DNA of 64,000 nt from an uncultured Spirochaetales bacterium (GCA_964440275.1 CAYTRR010000010.1:58808-122807); one strand, 5' to 3'. Counted from the first letter of the stretch, positions 9,452 through 20,417 are shown. Translations and numbers: made by a program. Notes: generated from the letters alone by a model not told the origin.

Positions 9452-10015
9452 ATGGACTTCAACAAAATACCTTTCATTAGAGACAACAAATGGATAATCA
9501 CACCAGTTGTTTATGTTTCCTTTTTAGCAATTTTGTCAATTTTATTTTTATATAAAAATGCTTCACACGAATATGTTGATTATAATCAAAAAGTTATATT
9601 TGGCTTAGAGCTTAATCAAAAACACCCCGAGATTGCAGAAAAACTGAAGTACCCATTAGACTCTAAAGAGTTTGCCATAATTTCAAAAATTATTAATATG
9701 AAAAGCTTTAAATTAGCTAGAGATTCAGAATTATCATTATTGCAGAATGCAAATGTCGCTGGTATTTATGCGTTTAATTCAGAGTACAAAATCCTTGCGC
9801 TGGGCTATATGTCAAACAATGCTGAGGACTGTAGAAAACTTAGGGCTATAACAATTAGTAAATTAGGAAAACATCTAATGTTAATTGAAGACAGTTCTTT
9901 AAGCGAACAACTTTCATGGAAATCACAAGATAATTTATATACTTTTTTTAATCAATTCTCTTCAGATGGAATCGACCTAGAAAGCGTGTGTGGTTATATG
10001 ATTTCTTCAAAATAG
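9452..10015 (+). CDS. Hypothetical membrane-anchored protein
   Basis: N-terminal TM helix. No recognisable domain. Confidence 0.3.
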   Translation: MDFNKIPFIRDNKWIITPVVYVSFLAILSILFLYKNASHEYVDYNQKVIFGLELNQKHPEIAEKLKYPLDSKEFAIISKIINMKSFKLARDSELSLLQNANVAGIYAFNSEYKILALGYMSNNAEDCRKLRAITISKLGKHLMLIEDSSLSEQLSWKSQDNLYTFFNQFSSDGIDLESVCGYMISSK

Positions 10016-10101
10016 AGGTATAGATTTTCGATTATTTAGACTTTGAGTCAATTCAAAATACTTATGAGGAGCAAGAAAACATTTCGCTGTTCCCACCTTC
10101 T

Positions 10102-10770
10102 TTGGATACCCATCACTGTTTCTCAAGATATCTATTGATTAATAAATATTTAGAAACTAAAAAATCTAAATATCTGCTATGGTCGATAGAATTTGACTCA
10201 AATACCCTTATGGATCCTAATGTAATGGAAAGTATAAATTGGTGGAGAACTATAATTGATACATCAAATAAAAATGGAATCAAAGAATCCGCATTAATTA
10301 TGCTTAAAAATATTGGAATTGCTTTATTAAATTTTAGAGATACCAGTAAAGATTTTCATTACGACTCAGGTTTTGTCCATAGCTATAGAATTCCAGAACG
10401 ACCAATAATTACATTTGAAGTTCACCCACCAAGAAGATGCTTTAGACTGATAGAAAACTTCGAGAAGTTAATAGAGGATGTAAATGTAATGAAATTATCG
10501 AATAAGGATATACAGTCTCGAGTTTCTAAAAAATTTAAGATTAAAGATATAAATACTAATTTTTCTGACCCGGTCCTTATTTCCGCACAAATCATTTCCC
10601 AAACCCATAATAAGATTTCAAAACACATTAACGAAACTGACGAGTTGTTTCTAACCCCATTCTTAGCTGAAAAGATTTATTCTGATGCAGTCAACTTTAA
10701 AACTAATTTGAATTACATAGTTGATACTTTTCAAGAAGTTGATTATTGGGATCCTGACAAAAAGAGGTAA
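10102..10770 (+). CDS. Hypothetical protein
   Basis: Long ORF, no recognisable domain. The true start may be internal (MDPNVMES...). Confidence 0.3.
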   Translation: MDTHHCFSRYLLINKYLETKKSKYLLWSIEFDSNTLMDPNVMESINWWRTIIDTSNKNGIKESALIMLKNIGIALLNFRDTSKDFHYDSGFVHSYRIPERPIITFEVHPPRRCFRLIENFEKLIEDVNVMKLSNKDIQSRVSKKFKIKDINTNFSDPVLISAQIISQTHNKISKHINETDELFLTPFLAEKIYSDAVNFKTNLNYIVDTFQEVDYWDPDKKR

Positions 10771-11327
10771 GTAAGTTTCTTTATTTTGTCAGCACCAAAG
10801 TAAATTCCAATACTTATTGCAAAAAGAGTGAACCTCCTTGCAACTGAAAGGGAAGTAAAGTAAGTCATGAAGAATATATATTGGCAAGCAAACATCCACA
10901 CCATTAAGACAAAAAGCGTTAAATAGTAAAAAACTTTATATGATTGCGGATGTGTTATCGGATTATTTAAATCTGTTACTAAAGATATAATTATTATTAG
11001 GATCGATCCAAAAATTACAGGTGATAATGTGTAGCTGTAGCCTTTGAAAATTGCACTAAAAGTACATTGTCTTGCAGAACATCCGACAATTCTAGATAAA
11101 AGCGCAACAACAAAACAAGTGGATACAATTTCTAGAAAATAAAAAATAAAACTATAATTGCTTAAAGCATATTTTGAATCAAAACAATAATAAGCAATAT
11201 CATCTAAAAAAGTAGCCATAAGTACTATCAATAAAGCTCTTTTGCCAGGGATATAGTGCCTGTTGAGAGACGCAGCCATATATATTTTGTTGGAGAAGAA
11301 GAAAGAAGCTAGTAGATTCAAGAACAT
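10743..11327 (-). CDS. Hypothetical polytopic membrane protein
   Basis: Four to five TM segments. No recognisable motif. Confidence 0.3.
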   Translation of the reverse strand: MFLNLLASFFFSNKIYMAASLNRHYIPGKRALLIVLMATFLDDIAYYCFDSKYALSNYSFIFYFLEIVSTCFVVALLSRIVGCSARQCTFSAIFKGYSYTLSPVIFGSILIIIISLVTDLNNPITHPQSYKVFYYLTLFVLMVWMFACQYIFFMTYFTSLSVARRFTLFAISIGIYFGADKIKKLTYLFLSGSQ

Positions 11328-11492
11328 GACTAAATAATGTTTTTTCTATTTTTTCAATAGAATAATCCCCTTAGTCAATTTTAGCATAAATCTATATCGA
11401 AAAGCTTATTTTTATATTTGTAGATATCTTGTAATTAGAAATAAATATTGTAATATCCTATCAAACTGGTAGTTCCAAGGCATTCTAGTGGG

Positions 11493-12494
11493 TTGGATTT
11501 GATAAGGAGCCGAGTACTAATGATTACGCCTGAGAAAGAAAAAAGGGTAAAACTTAAAAAGCAAATAACACAAATTTTAGGATGGATAGTAAGCGGTGTA
11601 GCCCTTTATTTTGTTTATCAATATGTAGTCCAAATAGATTTAGATGCAGCAAAAGCAAAACTCAATTTGTATTGGATTCCTTTTATACTTGTATTTATAG
11701 CAACATATGTATGTTTAATGTCTTTTCTTGCAAATGGTTGGAGATATGTACTTGAGTTGCTCCATGGGTCCCCTTTGCCTAAGTGGAGATTCATAGGAAT
11801 TTATACAAAAACCCAAATTTATAAATATATTCCATCAAATCTTATGCATGTTGTAGCAAGGATATATTTTGCTACTAAACTTGGACCTTCAAAAAGAAAT
11901 GTTGTCCAGAGCTATTTCTTGGAAATTGTATTCATGGTATTGATAGGATTGTTAATTGTTTCATTATGCACATATACAGGATTTTTTTCATTAAACGAAG
12001 AGCTAATAGCTAAGATTAAAGAATTTTCTGGAGGTAAGCTCAAAGGATTTTCGTTAGGAATATTAGGCTTTGGAGCAATTGCTATTGGTTTTTATTTGTA
12101 TAAAGCATTAAGTAATTTTGATAAAGCATTTAGCTCAGAGAATTTGGTGAAGATAGGAAAACTGTTTCTTCTTCTTCTCGGTTTTTTCATTGGAATGGGA
12201 TTGGTAGAATATATATTATTTGCAAATCTTTTAGGCATGGATGTAGGCTATCTTTACATATTGTCCCTCTTTACTATTACTTGGTTAGCTATGTTCATAA
12301 TTCCAGGCGCACCAGGTGGAATAGGAGTCAGAGAATTTATTGTCATAACGCTCCTTGCTCCAATTTATGGACCTGATGATCCTACTATAGGAATTCTAGT
12401 GTTTAGGGTAGTTACAGTATTAGGAGACGCATTATTGCTCCCGATTGGCAATATCTTTTTGCCCGAAGATATTTCGCAAGCAAAAGAAGTTTAA
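11493..12494 (+). CDS. Polytopic membrane protein, possibly of the UPF0104/lysylphosphatidylglycerol-synthase-TM-like (flippase-like) family
   Basis: 333 aa with about 8 TM helices. Weak family resemblance only. Confidence 0.3.
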   Translation: MDLIRSRVLMITPEKEKRVKLKKQITQILGWIVSGVALYFVYQYVVQIDLDAAKAKLNLYWIPFILVFIATYVCLMSFLANGWRYVLELLHGSPLPKWRFIGIYTKTQIYKYIPSNLMHVVARIYFATKLGPSKRNVVQSYFLEIVFMVLIGLLIVSLCTYTGFFSLNEELIAKIKEFSGGKLKGFSLGILGFGAIAIGFYLYKALSNFDKAFSSENLVKIGKLFLLLLGFFIGMGLVEYILFANLLGMDVGYLYILSLFTITWLAMFIIPGAPGGIGVREFIVITLLAPIYGPDDPTIGILVFRVVTVLGDALLLPIGNIFLPEDISQAKEV

Positions 12495-12624
12495 AAAGAT
12501 TTGACTTTTTTTAGAGTTAGATTATATTTATGGAGTAGGTTGAGTTAGAGACAGAATGTTTGTCTCACGAAGAAAGCTAAGAGATTAGCACTAAAACTCA
12601 ATCTTTTTTTTCGCCCTTTTTACC

Positions 12625-13227
12625 CTAAAGATCATGTAGACCACATTCTCTCTTTTCATCTGCTTTTGTTGGATCGTAGTAATCATATTCATTTATAAGG
12701 TTATTCTCTTTCATATAAACATCTAAATCTTGATCAGACCAATTATAAAAAGGACTTAATTTTAATAATCCTTCATCTGTTTGACTAATTATATCTATGC
12801 TGTCCCTAAAAGTAGTTTGACCTTTCCTTAGATTAGTAATCCAGATATCAGGTTTAATCTCATACATAGCTCTCCTAAACGGTTCTAATTTAACTTGTTC
12901 AGTGAATACTTTGTGTAAAGGATTTTCTATTCCTGGTATTTCTCCTAAAAACTTCTCTTTAGGTTTGTAAACATTTATATTTAATTTTAATTCAGAAATT
13001 ATTTTTTTAGCATATACGTAAATTGCTTTTGTATTAAACCCAGTATCACACCATACAATCTTAATATCCTCTTTTGCTTGTACACATAAATACAATATTG
13101 CTATTTCGTAGGGTCTAAAGTTAGTAGTAAGTACTGGATTCTTGGCATTTTCTAAACCCCATTTGATTATTTCAGCAGGACTTTTTTCTTGTAAGGTCTG
13201 ATTTAAAGTGTATATATCTTTACTCAT
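12625..13227 (-). CDS. cysH: Phosphoadenosine phosphosulfate (PAPS) reductase, thioredoxin-dependent
   Basis: Aligns by eye to E. coli CysH (CDTGF..., KLEPFRRAM, WITNLRKGQ, KRECGLH C-terminal motif). Lacks the CC...CxxC Fe-S cysteines of APS reductases. Confidence 0.8.
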   Translation of the reverse strand: MSKDIYTLNQTLQEKSPAEIIKWGLENAKNPVLTTNFRPYEIAILYLCVQAKEDIKIVWCDTGFNTKAIYVYAKKIISELKLNINVYKPKEKFLGEIPGIENPLHKVFTEQVKLEPFRRAMYEIKPDIWITNLRKGQTTFRDSIDIISQTDEGLLKLSPFYNWSDQDLDVYMKENNLINEYDYYDPTKADEKRECGLHDL

Positions 13228-13233
13228 TTTATT

Positions 13234-14232
13234 CTATCTTAGCAGTGATTCGGCTATTATATAAGATATTACTACACAACTAATTGGACCCATAATCCAA
13301 AAACTTAAAATACTGGAAACACTAGTATTTTTTAAAGTTTGGGAAAAACCTGTACTCGCACAAGAAAATCCTATAATTCCAGCTGTAACTATTTCTGCTA
13401 ATGAAATTGGTATTCCATAAAAAGATGCAACAAAAAGCAGGATTCCACCAGTAAGATGAACCGATATTGCTCTAATCAGACATATGTCAGTTATTTCTTT
13501 TGCTACTGTTTCAAGTATTCTGCCTCCAAACAATAGTGCACCAAGAGCCATAAAAAAACCTGCAAGCAAAGCCCCATCACTGGCAGATACGAGATTAATT
13601 GCAACTATTGGACCTGCAGCATTTGCAGAATTATTGGATCCAGCAAAAAATGCAATAAAGCAACCAGATATTACCAAGGAATATTTCAAAATTTTATTAA
13701 TCCTTTCTTCATCGGAATGACTGGCAAGCCAATTGATAATTTTTAAATAAAGATGTTTCCCAATCAAATAATTGCTGAACCATAAAATAAGAGGTGTAGC
13801 AATCCACCATATTACTATTTCTGTTACTTTAAATAAATTTATTTCTTTTAAAGCCAGACCTATTCCAATCATTGTACAAACAACAATATGTGTCGTAGCA
13901 ATGGGTATTTTTAATAAGTTAGCTATAAAAATACAAACAACTGGCAATGCAAGGATCAAGAAAATAAATTTAATACCCAATTTGTGAGCAGATAAATCAA
14001 CTGATACTATTTCTTTCCCTACAGTGTTTACAACTTTTTCTCCACCAAATGCTGCTCCAAGAAAAACAAAAATAAATATTAAAGAGACGGATGCCAGCTT
14101 TGATATCGTATTTGAACCATATGCTGTTGCCATTGATGCAGCAGCATTATTTGCTCCAATGTTGAACGATAAAGCAACTGCTAGTATAGAGATTAATAAA
14201 GTTTCCATATTGATTAAAATGAAAATATACAT
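13234..14232 (-). CDS. PiT-family inorganic anion permease, probable CysP-like sulfate permease
   Basis: Two GANxxANA-like repeats (NIGANNAAASMATAYGS and GSNNSANAAGPIV). Sits inside the sulfate assimilation cluster like B. subtilis CysP. Confidence 0.6.
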   Translation of the reverse strand: MYIFILINMETLLISILAVALSFNIGANNAAASMATAYGSNTISKLASVSLIFIFVFLGAAFGGEKVVNTVGKEIVSVDLSAHKLGIKFIFLILALPVVCIFIANLLKIPIATTHIVVCTMIGIGLALKEINLFKVTEIVIWWIATPLILWFSNYLIGKHLYLKIINWLASHSDEERINKILKYSLVISGCFIAFFAGSNNSANAAGPIVAINLVSASDGALLAGFFMALGALLFGGRILETVAKEITDICLIRAISVHLTGGILLFVASFYGIPISLAEIVTAGIIGFSCASTGFSQTLKNTSVSSILSFWIMGPISCVVISYIIAESLLR

Positions 14233-14382
14233 CTTTTAATCAATTTTAGAAATAAAATTGATAAAAAAATCCAAATTTACTTGAAAAGCTCCTTAAATTA
14301 ATGTTTTCTTATTAAGTAATAGTCAAGGAAATGTGTAAAAACTGAGTTTTTGGCTATTTTTGAGTTTTTATTCTAACTTAAG
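14233..14382. promoter_or_regulatory. Divergent intergenic region between the PiT permease/cysH operon and cysI-cysD-cysN. Probable shared promoter/regulatory region of the sulfate assimilation cluster.
   Basis: 150 nt AT-rich spacer between divergently transcribed, functionally linked operons. No specific motif identified. Confidence 0.25.
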
Positions 14383-16104
14383 GTGAGGTTTTTTGTTTTG
14401 TCTGAAAAAAAAGAAATTAAAAAAGTAAGAAACGAATTTATTAAGGAAGATAGTGATGGTTTAAGAGGATCTATACATGATGAGATTCAAGATGAGTCCG
14501 TCGATAAATTTAATAAAGACAATATACAAGTTTTAAAATTCCACGGTATATACCAACAAGAAGACAGAGATAGAAGGAAAGAACTTAAAGAGCAAGGTTT
14601 AGATAGAGAGTACAGCTTTATGATTCGAACTAAGAACCCAGGAGGTGGTAATATTTCTCCTCAGCAATGGTCAATTTTAAATAAGATTAGTGAAGAATGG
14701 GCTAATAACACTTTGAGAATTACTACTCGAGAATGCTTTCAGTTTCATGGAGTTGGAAAATCTAACCTTTGGAATACTTTGAATTTTTTAAATACTAATT
14801 TAATTTCCAGTTATGGTGCATGTGGAGATATAGTTCGAAATACTGTAGCTTCCCCGATCTCAGATATAAGAAAAGATTTTACTTATGATGCACATTCGAT
14901 GGCTGTAGAAATCGACAAAGCCACCCTTGCTAAATCAAAAGGTTATTATGAGATTTGGGTAGATGGAGAAAAAGTTACAACAAAATTAAATAGAGAAAAA
15001 ATAGAAAATGACGACTTGTACGGCGAGACTTATTTACCGAGAAAATTTAAAATTGGAGTAGGTCACCAACTTGACAATTCTATTGATATTTACACTCAAG
15101 ATATAGGAATAATGCCCGTTTTCAATGGAGAACTAATGGGATTTAATATTTTAGTTGGCGGTGGCTTAGGCAGCCATCACAGGCAGATCCAAACTTTCCC
15201 TAGGCTTGCAGATGAATTAGGAATGTGTGACGAAAAAGATGTTGTTAATGTAACAAGAACAATCGTAGAAATTCAAAGGGATTATGGATGTAGAACAAAT
15301 AGAAAAAGAGCAAGAATGAAGTATCTGTTAGACGATTGGGGTGTAGAGAAATTTAGAAACGAGCTAGAATCAAGGCTTGGTTTTGAGCTGAAAGACTATC
15401 ATAAAGTGGTAGTGAATTCTATTGATAACTACTATGGATGGCATGAGCAGAAAGAAAAAGGAAAGTTCTTTTGTGGAATATTTGTAGAAAACGGAAGAAT
15501 TAAAGACACGGATACTACTATGATGAAAAGCGGACTGGCAAAAATTATTTCAGATTTTAATATAGAATCTCGTTTAACTGCTACACAAGATTTAATTTTG
15601 GTGAATATAGACGAGTCTGACATAGAAAAAATTAATAAAATGTTTAATGAATTCAAAATCGATGTTCATGAAAGTTTTTCCTTGTTAAGGAAGTCTTCTA
15701 TGGCTTGTCCCGCACTTCCAACATGTAGCTTAGCAATGGCAGAATCTGAAAGATTCCTTCCTTCTCTTATTGATGATTTAGAAGAAAGAGGATATGGGAA
15801 TGAAAAAATAAAAATACGCATGAGCGGATGCCCAAATTCTTGTTCACGGCCTCCTGTTTCAGAAATTGGTCTTATAGGGGCTACAATAGGTAAGTATAAT
15901 ATCTATTTAGGTGGGGATTTTTATGGTACTAGGTTAAATAGATTATTTTTAGAACTAGTCGAAGACACTGAGTTAGCAAATAAAATTTCCAGATTAATAG
16001 ATTTTTGGAAACAAAACAGAGAAAACGAATCTGAATATTTTGGAGATTTCTGTGATAAACAAGATTTTAACAAATTAAAAGAAGTGGCCGAAGCGAATGT
16101 CTAA
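14383..16104 (+). CDS. cysI: Sulfite reductase hemoprotein (siroheme/4Fe-4S), CysI/ferredoxin-Sir type
   Basis: Aligns to CysI N-terminus ([15 protein letters not shown]). 573 aa. Start is GTG at 14383 or TTG at 14398. Confidence 0.85.
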   Translation: MRFFVLSEKKEIKKVRNEFIKEDSDGLRGSIHDEIQDESVDKFNKDNIQVLKFHGIYQQEDRDRRKELKEQGLDREYSFMIRTKNPGGGNISPQQWSILNKISEEWANNTLRITTRECFQFHGVGKSNLWNTLNFLNTNLISSYGACGDIVRNTVASPISDIRKDFTYDAHSMAVEIDKATLAKSKGYYEIWVDGEKVTTKLNREKIENDDLYGETYLPRKFKIGVGHQLDNSIDIYTQDIGIMPVFNGELMGFNILVGGGLGSHHRQIQTFPRLADELGMCDEKDVVNVTRTIVEIQRDYGCRTNRKRARMKYLLDDWGVEKFRNELESRLGFELKDYHKVVVNSIDNYYGWHEQKEKGKFFCGIFVENGRIKDTDTTMMKSGLAKIISDFNIESRLTATQDLILVNIDESDIEKINKMFNEFKIDVHESFSLLRKSSMACPALPTCSLAMAESERFLPSLIDDLEERGYGNEKIKIRMSGCPNSCSRPPVSEIGLIGATIGKYNIYLGGDFYGTRLNRLFLELVEDTELANKISRLIDFWKQNRENESEYFGDFCDKQDFNKLKEVAEANV

Positions 16105-16981
16105 ATCAAAATTTTTAAGAGAACTTGAAAACGAGTCAATTTTTATTTTGCGTGAAGTTGTTGCAGAGTTTAATAACCCTGTCATGCTTTATTCCGTAGG
16201 AAAAGATTCAAGCGTCATGTTGCATTTAGCACAGAAAGCATTTTATCCTGCAAAAATACCATTCCCATTGCTTCATATCGATACGGGTTATAAATTCAGA
16301 GAGATGTATGAATTTAGAGATACTTTTACTAAAGAAATAGGAGTAAAATTAATTGTACATAGAAATGAAGAAGCGATAGCTGATGGTGCACATCCAGACA
16401 AGCTTGGTGTTGCAAAATGTTGTGGTGCACTTAAAACAAAAGCACTACTAGATGCGCTTGAACAACACAATTTTGATGCTGCGCTAGGAGGCGCAAGAAG
16501 AGATGAAGAAAGATCTCGAGCTAAAGAACGAGTTTTTTCTTTTAGAGATTCTTTTGGCCAGTGGGATCCAAAGACTCAACGACCTGAGCTTTGGAGCATA
16601 TTTAATTCAAAAATAGATGAAGGTGAATCTGTTAGAGTTTTCCCTCTATCTAGTTGGACAGAAGTGGACATCTGGAATTATATTAAGGAAGAAAAAATTA
16701 AAATTGTTCCACTTTATTTCTCAAAAAAAAGAAAAGTTGTTAGAAAAGGGAGAAATCTAATACCAGCAGAAGAATCAGATTCTCAAGATGCGAAAGAAGT
16801 TGTAAGCCGATTTCGAACTTTAGGGTGTTCTCCTTGTACTGGAGCAATTGAATCTAATGCAGACAACATTGATATGATTGTTACCGAAGCAATATCGGCT
16901 ACTAGAAGTGAACGAGAAAATAGAATTATAGACCATGGAACAAATACTATGGAAGATAAGAAAAAAGAAGGCTATTTTTAA
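16097..16981 (+). CDS. cysD: Sulfate adenylyltransferase subunit 2
   Basis: PAPS-reductase-like fold with CysD signatures. Overlaps the cysN start (TAATG). Confidence 0.9.
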   Translation: MSKSKFLRELENESIFILREVVAEFNNPVMLYSVGKDSSVMLHLAQKAFYPAKIPFPLLHIDTGYKFREMYEFRDTFTKEIGVKLIVHRNEEAIADGAHPDKLGVAKCCGALKTKALLDALEQHNFDAALGGARRDEERSRAKERVFSFRDSFGQWDPKTQRPELWSIFNSKIDEGESVRVFPLSSWTEVDIWNYIKEEKIKIVPLYFSKKRKVVRKGRNLIPAEESDSQDAKEVVSRFRTLGCSPCTGAIESNADNIDMIVTEAISATRSERENRIIDHGTNTMEDKKKEGYF

Positions 16982-18234
16982 TGTCCAAATCTATTGATAT
17001 TCTAAGATTTGCAACCGCTGGTAGCGTTGATGATGGCAAATCGACTTTAATTGGGAGACTTCTTTTTGATACAAAAGGAGTTTTTACTGATCAGCTTGAA
17101 GCCCTTGAAGGAACTTCTCATTCAAATGAAGAAAAAGGAATTGATTTAGCTTTGATTACTGACGGGTTAAGAGCTGAAAGAGAACAAGGGATAACGATTG
17201 ATGTGGCATATAGATATTTCTCAACTACAAATAGAAAATTTATAATTGCTGACACACCAGGGCATGTTCAATATACTCGAAATATGTTTACAGGGGCAAG
17301 CAATTCTGATCTTGCAATAATACTGATAGATTCTAGAAATGGTGTCCAACAACAATCAAAAAGACATCTTTATATTAGTTGGTTATTAGGAATTCAGAAC
17401 ATTATTGTAGCAATCAACAAAATGGACCTTGTAAACTACGACCAGAAAATATTTGATTTCCTATGTAAAGATTTTTTAAGTATTACAAAAAATTTAAGCA
17501 TTAAACAAATTGATTTTGTACCAATCTCAGCGCTCAATGGCGACATGATTGTAAATAGGGGTAAAAATATGAAATGGTACAAAGGCCCCACGCTAATTAA
17601 AATTTTAGAATCAACAAAATTAAGCTCCTCACATGTTAAAGAAGCAGCAAGATTTCCCGTACAATTAGTAAATAGAGTCAACAATGAAGCTGCCAAAGAT
17701 TTTCGTGGCTATATGGGAACATTGTTGTCAGGAAAAATTTCGGTTGGCGATTCAATAAAAATCTTACCTTCAAACAAAAAAACAAAAATAAAACAATTAA
17801 TTTTATCATCTGAAAATGTAGAGGAGATTAATCAGAATGATTCCGCAACTCTGGTCCTTGACCAAGAAATTGATATATCCAGAGGAGATATGTTTACTTC
17901 GTTAGACGGTGAACCCGAAGTTTCTAATACAATTTCTGCAAGAATTTGCTGGATGGATGAAAAAGAGCTCAACCCAAAAAACAAGTATTTATTAAAACAT
18001 TGCAACAAAATCTCCAAGGCATTGATTAAAGAGGTATTGTATAAAGTCGATATGGAGACACTGAACCATGTTTCAGCTGAATCTGGATTGGCAATGAATG
18101 ATATAGCACAAGTAGAAATAATGCTCCAAAATCAGATAGTTTTCGATTCATATAAAAGAAACAAACAAACAGGTTCATTCATTATGATTAATTCTGAGTC
18201 AAACAATACAGTTGCAGCAGGAACAATTCTTTAA
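16981..18234 (+). CDS. cysN: Sulfate adenylyltransferase subunit 1 (GTPase). No fused APS kinase domain.
   Basis: GSVDDGKSTLIGRL P-loop, DTPGH. 417 aa, too short for a CysNC fusion. Confidence 0.9.
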   Translation: MSKSIDILRFATAGSVDDGKSTLIGRLLFDTKGVFTDQLEALEGTSHSNEEKGIDLALITDGLRAEREQGITIDVAYRYFSTTNRKFIIADTPGHVQYTRNMFTGASNSDLAIILIDSRNGVQQQSKRHLYISWLLGIQNIIVAINKMDLVNYDQKIFDFLCKDFLSITKNLSIKQIDFVPISALNGDMIVNRGKNMKWYKGPTLIKILESTKLSSSHVKEAARFPVQLVNRVNNEAAKDFRGYMGTLLSGKISVGDSIKILPSNKKTKIKQLILSSENVEEINQNDSATLVLDQEIDISRGDMFTSLDGEPEVSNTISARICWMDEKELNPKNKYLLKHCNKISKALIKEVLYKVDMETLNHVSAESGLAMNDIAQVEIMLQNQIVFDSYKRNKQTGSFIMINSESNNTVAAGTIL

Positions 18235-18249
18235 TATTCTATATGGTAA

Positions 18250-19155
18250 ATGAGTCAATATAAAAATATAAGTTTTTACAAATTTAAAACTTTTGAATCC
18301 CTAGATTTAATTAGGGAAACACTTTATATATCTTGCAAACAACTAAAGATATTGGGAACATTAATTATCGCACCCGAAGGATTGAATGGTATGCTAGCTG
18401 GGATTCCAGAGGCAATTGACAAGATTTTGCCGAAGCTTCGTGAGATAGGTATCGATTCTAACAATATAAAAACATCCTTTAGTGAGATTAAACCATTTAA
18501 TAGATTACGTATTAAAATAAAAGAAGAGATTATAAGCTTAGGAGATTCAGCAAATTCTAATCCTAACAAGAAAGTTGGAGATTATGTTCAGCCAAAACAT
18601 TGGAATAACATAATAGAGAACAAAAATGTTCTTCTCATAGATACTAGAAATTATTATGAAACATCGATAGGTACGTTTGAAAATTCTTTAGTTCCCAGCA
18701 TTAGCTCGTTTAAAGAATTCCCAAAGTTTATTAAAAACTCTAATATTAGCAAAGACAAAGAAATAGCAATGTTTTGCACTGGGGGCATTAGATGCGAAAA
18801 GGCGAGTTCTTACATGCTTCAACTAGGATTTAAAAAGGTTTATCATCTAGAAGGAGGAATTATTAAATATTTAGAAAATGTACCCATTGAACAATCAAAA
18901 TGGCAAGGTGAATGTTTTGTGTTTGACAATAGAGTGGCGATAGAGCATGAGTTAAGTGCAGGTTCATACATTTTATGTAATGCCTGCGGTGAACCTTTAA
19001 GCAAAGTAGATATCTCATCACACAGATACAAGAAAGGCATACACTGCCCATTATGTTTTGATAATATTACAGAAGAGAAAATTCAAAAAGTAACTGAGAG
19101 ACAGAAACAAATAGAGCTAGCAAAATTGAGAGGGGAGGTTCATATTGGTGAATAG
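18250..19155 (+). CDS. trhO: Rhodanese-domain tRNA uridine(34) hydroxylase (YceA/TrhO family)
   Basis: MFCTGGIRCEKASSYM...HLEGGI matches E. coli YceA. C-terminal Cys cluster. Confidence 0.8.
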   Translation: MSQYKNISFYKFKTFESLDLIRETLYISCKQLKILGTLIIAPEGLNGMLAGIPEAIDKILPKLREIGIDSNNIKTSFSEIKPFNRLRIKIKEEIISLGDSANSNPNKKVGDYVQPKHWNNIIENKNVLLIDTRNYYETSIGTFENSLVPSISSFKEFPKFIKNSNISKDKEIAMFCTGGIRCEKASSYMLQLGFKKVYHLEGGIIKYLENVPIEQSKWQGECFVFDNRVAIEHELSAGSYILCNACGEPLSKVDISSHRYKKGIHCPLCFDNITEEKIQKVTERQKQIELAKLRGEVHIGE

Positions 19156-19642
19156 AACATTATTAATTCTAGTTCTTTCTCTTTTTATGTCCTTGGAATC
19201 TAATAGCCAGGTATACCAGGCTGTTGGAACATTTGTTAACACAAAAAATATCAAGATAGGCAAGGTAGACATTATGGAACAAGGAGATGGTTCAAACTTT
19301 AGAATCCAACTGGAAACCTTAACTCCAGGCCTATACGCTATGCATATTCACGAAAAAGGGTTATGTGATAGCCCAGATTTTATTAGCGCTGGAGGACATC
19401 ATGGACTGAGAGCTGACGGAACCTTCTCTGGAGACTTTAAACCTATATATGTTAAAAATGACGTTAGCAAATATACTGGCAAACTAAAAGACTTTAACCA
19501 GATTATCTTTCTAAGAGAAATACTATTAAATCCAGATTCAGATTTAACAATTCTTGATAAAGATGGATCATCCATAATAATCCATGAAAACGTAGATGGT
19601 GGAGCAAGAATAGCTTGCGCAAGGATAGAAAGTAAAAATTAA
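19145..19642 (+). CDS. Periplasmic Cu/Zn superoxide dismutase-like protein (SodC family) with a divergent Zn-loop
   Basis: Signal peptide. HIH, SAGGH, IIIHEN and GGARIAC motifs correspond to SodC copper ligands and the C-terminus. The Zn-binding loop is poorly conserved. Confidence 0.5.
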   Translation: MVNRTLLILVLSLFMSLESNSQVYQAVGTFVNTKNIKIGKVDIMEQGDGSNFRIQLETLTPGLYAMHIHEKGLCDSPDFISAGGHHGLRADGTFSGDFKPIYVKNDVSKYTGKLKDFNQIIFLREILLNPDSDLTILDKDGSSIIIHENVDGGARIACARIESKN

Positions 19643-19875
19643 AAAAGCTTTCCTTCGTCATTTAGTCTTTTAAGATTATCAAATCCACCTATCAATTTAT
19701 CATCAATAAGAATTAAAGGGACCGTTTTCCAATTATGCTTAGTTGAAATCTCTAATCTTAAATCTAAATCATTAGTAAGATTAATTTCGGTGAAGTCAAG
19801 ATTTCTGCTAGACAGTAAGTTCTTTGCCGCGAGACAAAAAGGACAATTATCAGTTGTGTAGAGCTTAATTTTCAT
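19639..19875 (-). CDS. Glutaredoxin
   Basis: CPFC active site. Start set at the internal MKIKLYT (the ORF-track start at 19932 is probably an upstream in-frame extension). Confidence 0.8.
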   Translation of the reverse strand: MKIKLYTTDNCPFCLAAKNLLSSRNLDFTEINLTNDLDLRLEISTKHNWKTVPLILIDDKLIGGFDNLKRLNDEGKLF

Positions 19876-20308
19876 TCTTTTTATTCCTCTTGTATAAAAG
19901 AGCCAAAGTAAAATAAAAAATTGATATAGCAATTAAATCCTGTAGAAGAAAAACTCCCATTTCTTTAAATCTTAATACCCCAAAAATTATAAGCAAAACA
20001 ATTGAATAAATTAAAAAAAAGGATGAACTGAGAATTAATGCTTTAATCAGTCTGCCAAATTTAATTTTGTTATAAAAAATTATATAAACAAGTCCTAATG
20101 CGATTGCAAAGAAATAGAAAAAAAGAATTGAATAGAACATATTGTCAGGGAATAAAAAATTAATTTTTGAAAAATAGTACAAGATATCAACTGAATCAAA
20201 AGGATAAAAGGAGTAAAGATAGAAAAAATAAACCAACAGGCAACCTACAGCAACCACTATTAGGAAATCCAAAAAGTTCAAAATTGACAATAAAAATTTA
20301 GTTAACAT
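19865..20308 (-). CDS. Hypothetical small membrane protein (4 TM)
   Basis: Hydrophobic. No motif. Confidence 0.3.
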   Translation of the reverse strand: MLTKFLLSILNFLDFLIVVAVGCLLVYFFYLYSFYPFDSVDILYYFSKINFLFPDNMFYSILFFYFFAIALGLVYIIFYNKIKFGRLIKALILSSSFFLIYSIVLLIIFGVLRFKEMGVFLLQDLIAISIFYFTLALLYKRNKKNEN

Positions 20309-20417
20309 TTAGATTTAGAGTAATTGAAAAAAAAAGAAAAAAAAGGGTAGATGTAAAAAGAGGCAGCACCCCGCAGCCACTTAAATCCAACCCTTAATTT
20401 TCTAATATGGTTAAAGT

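Noticed and set aside
12548-12566. Hairpin GAGACA-gaatgtt-TGTCTC between convergent genes
   Set aside because: 6 bp stem without a flanking U-tract on either strand. Too weak to call a terminator.
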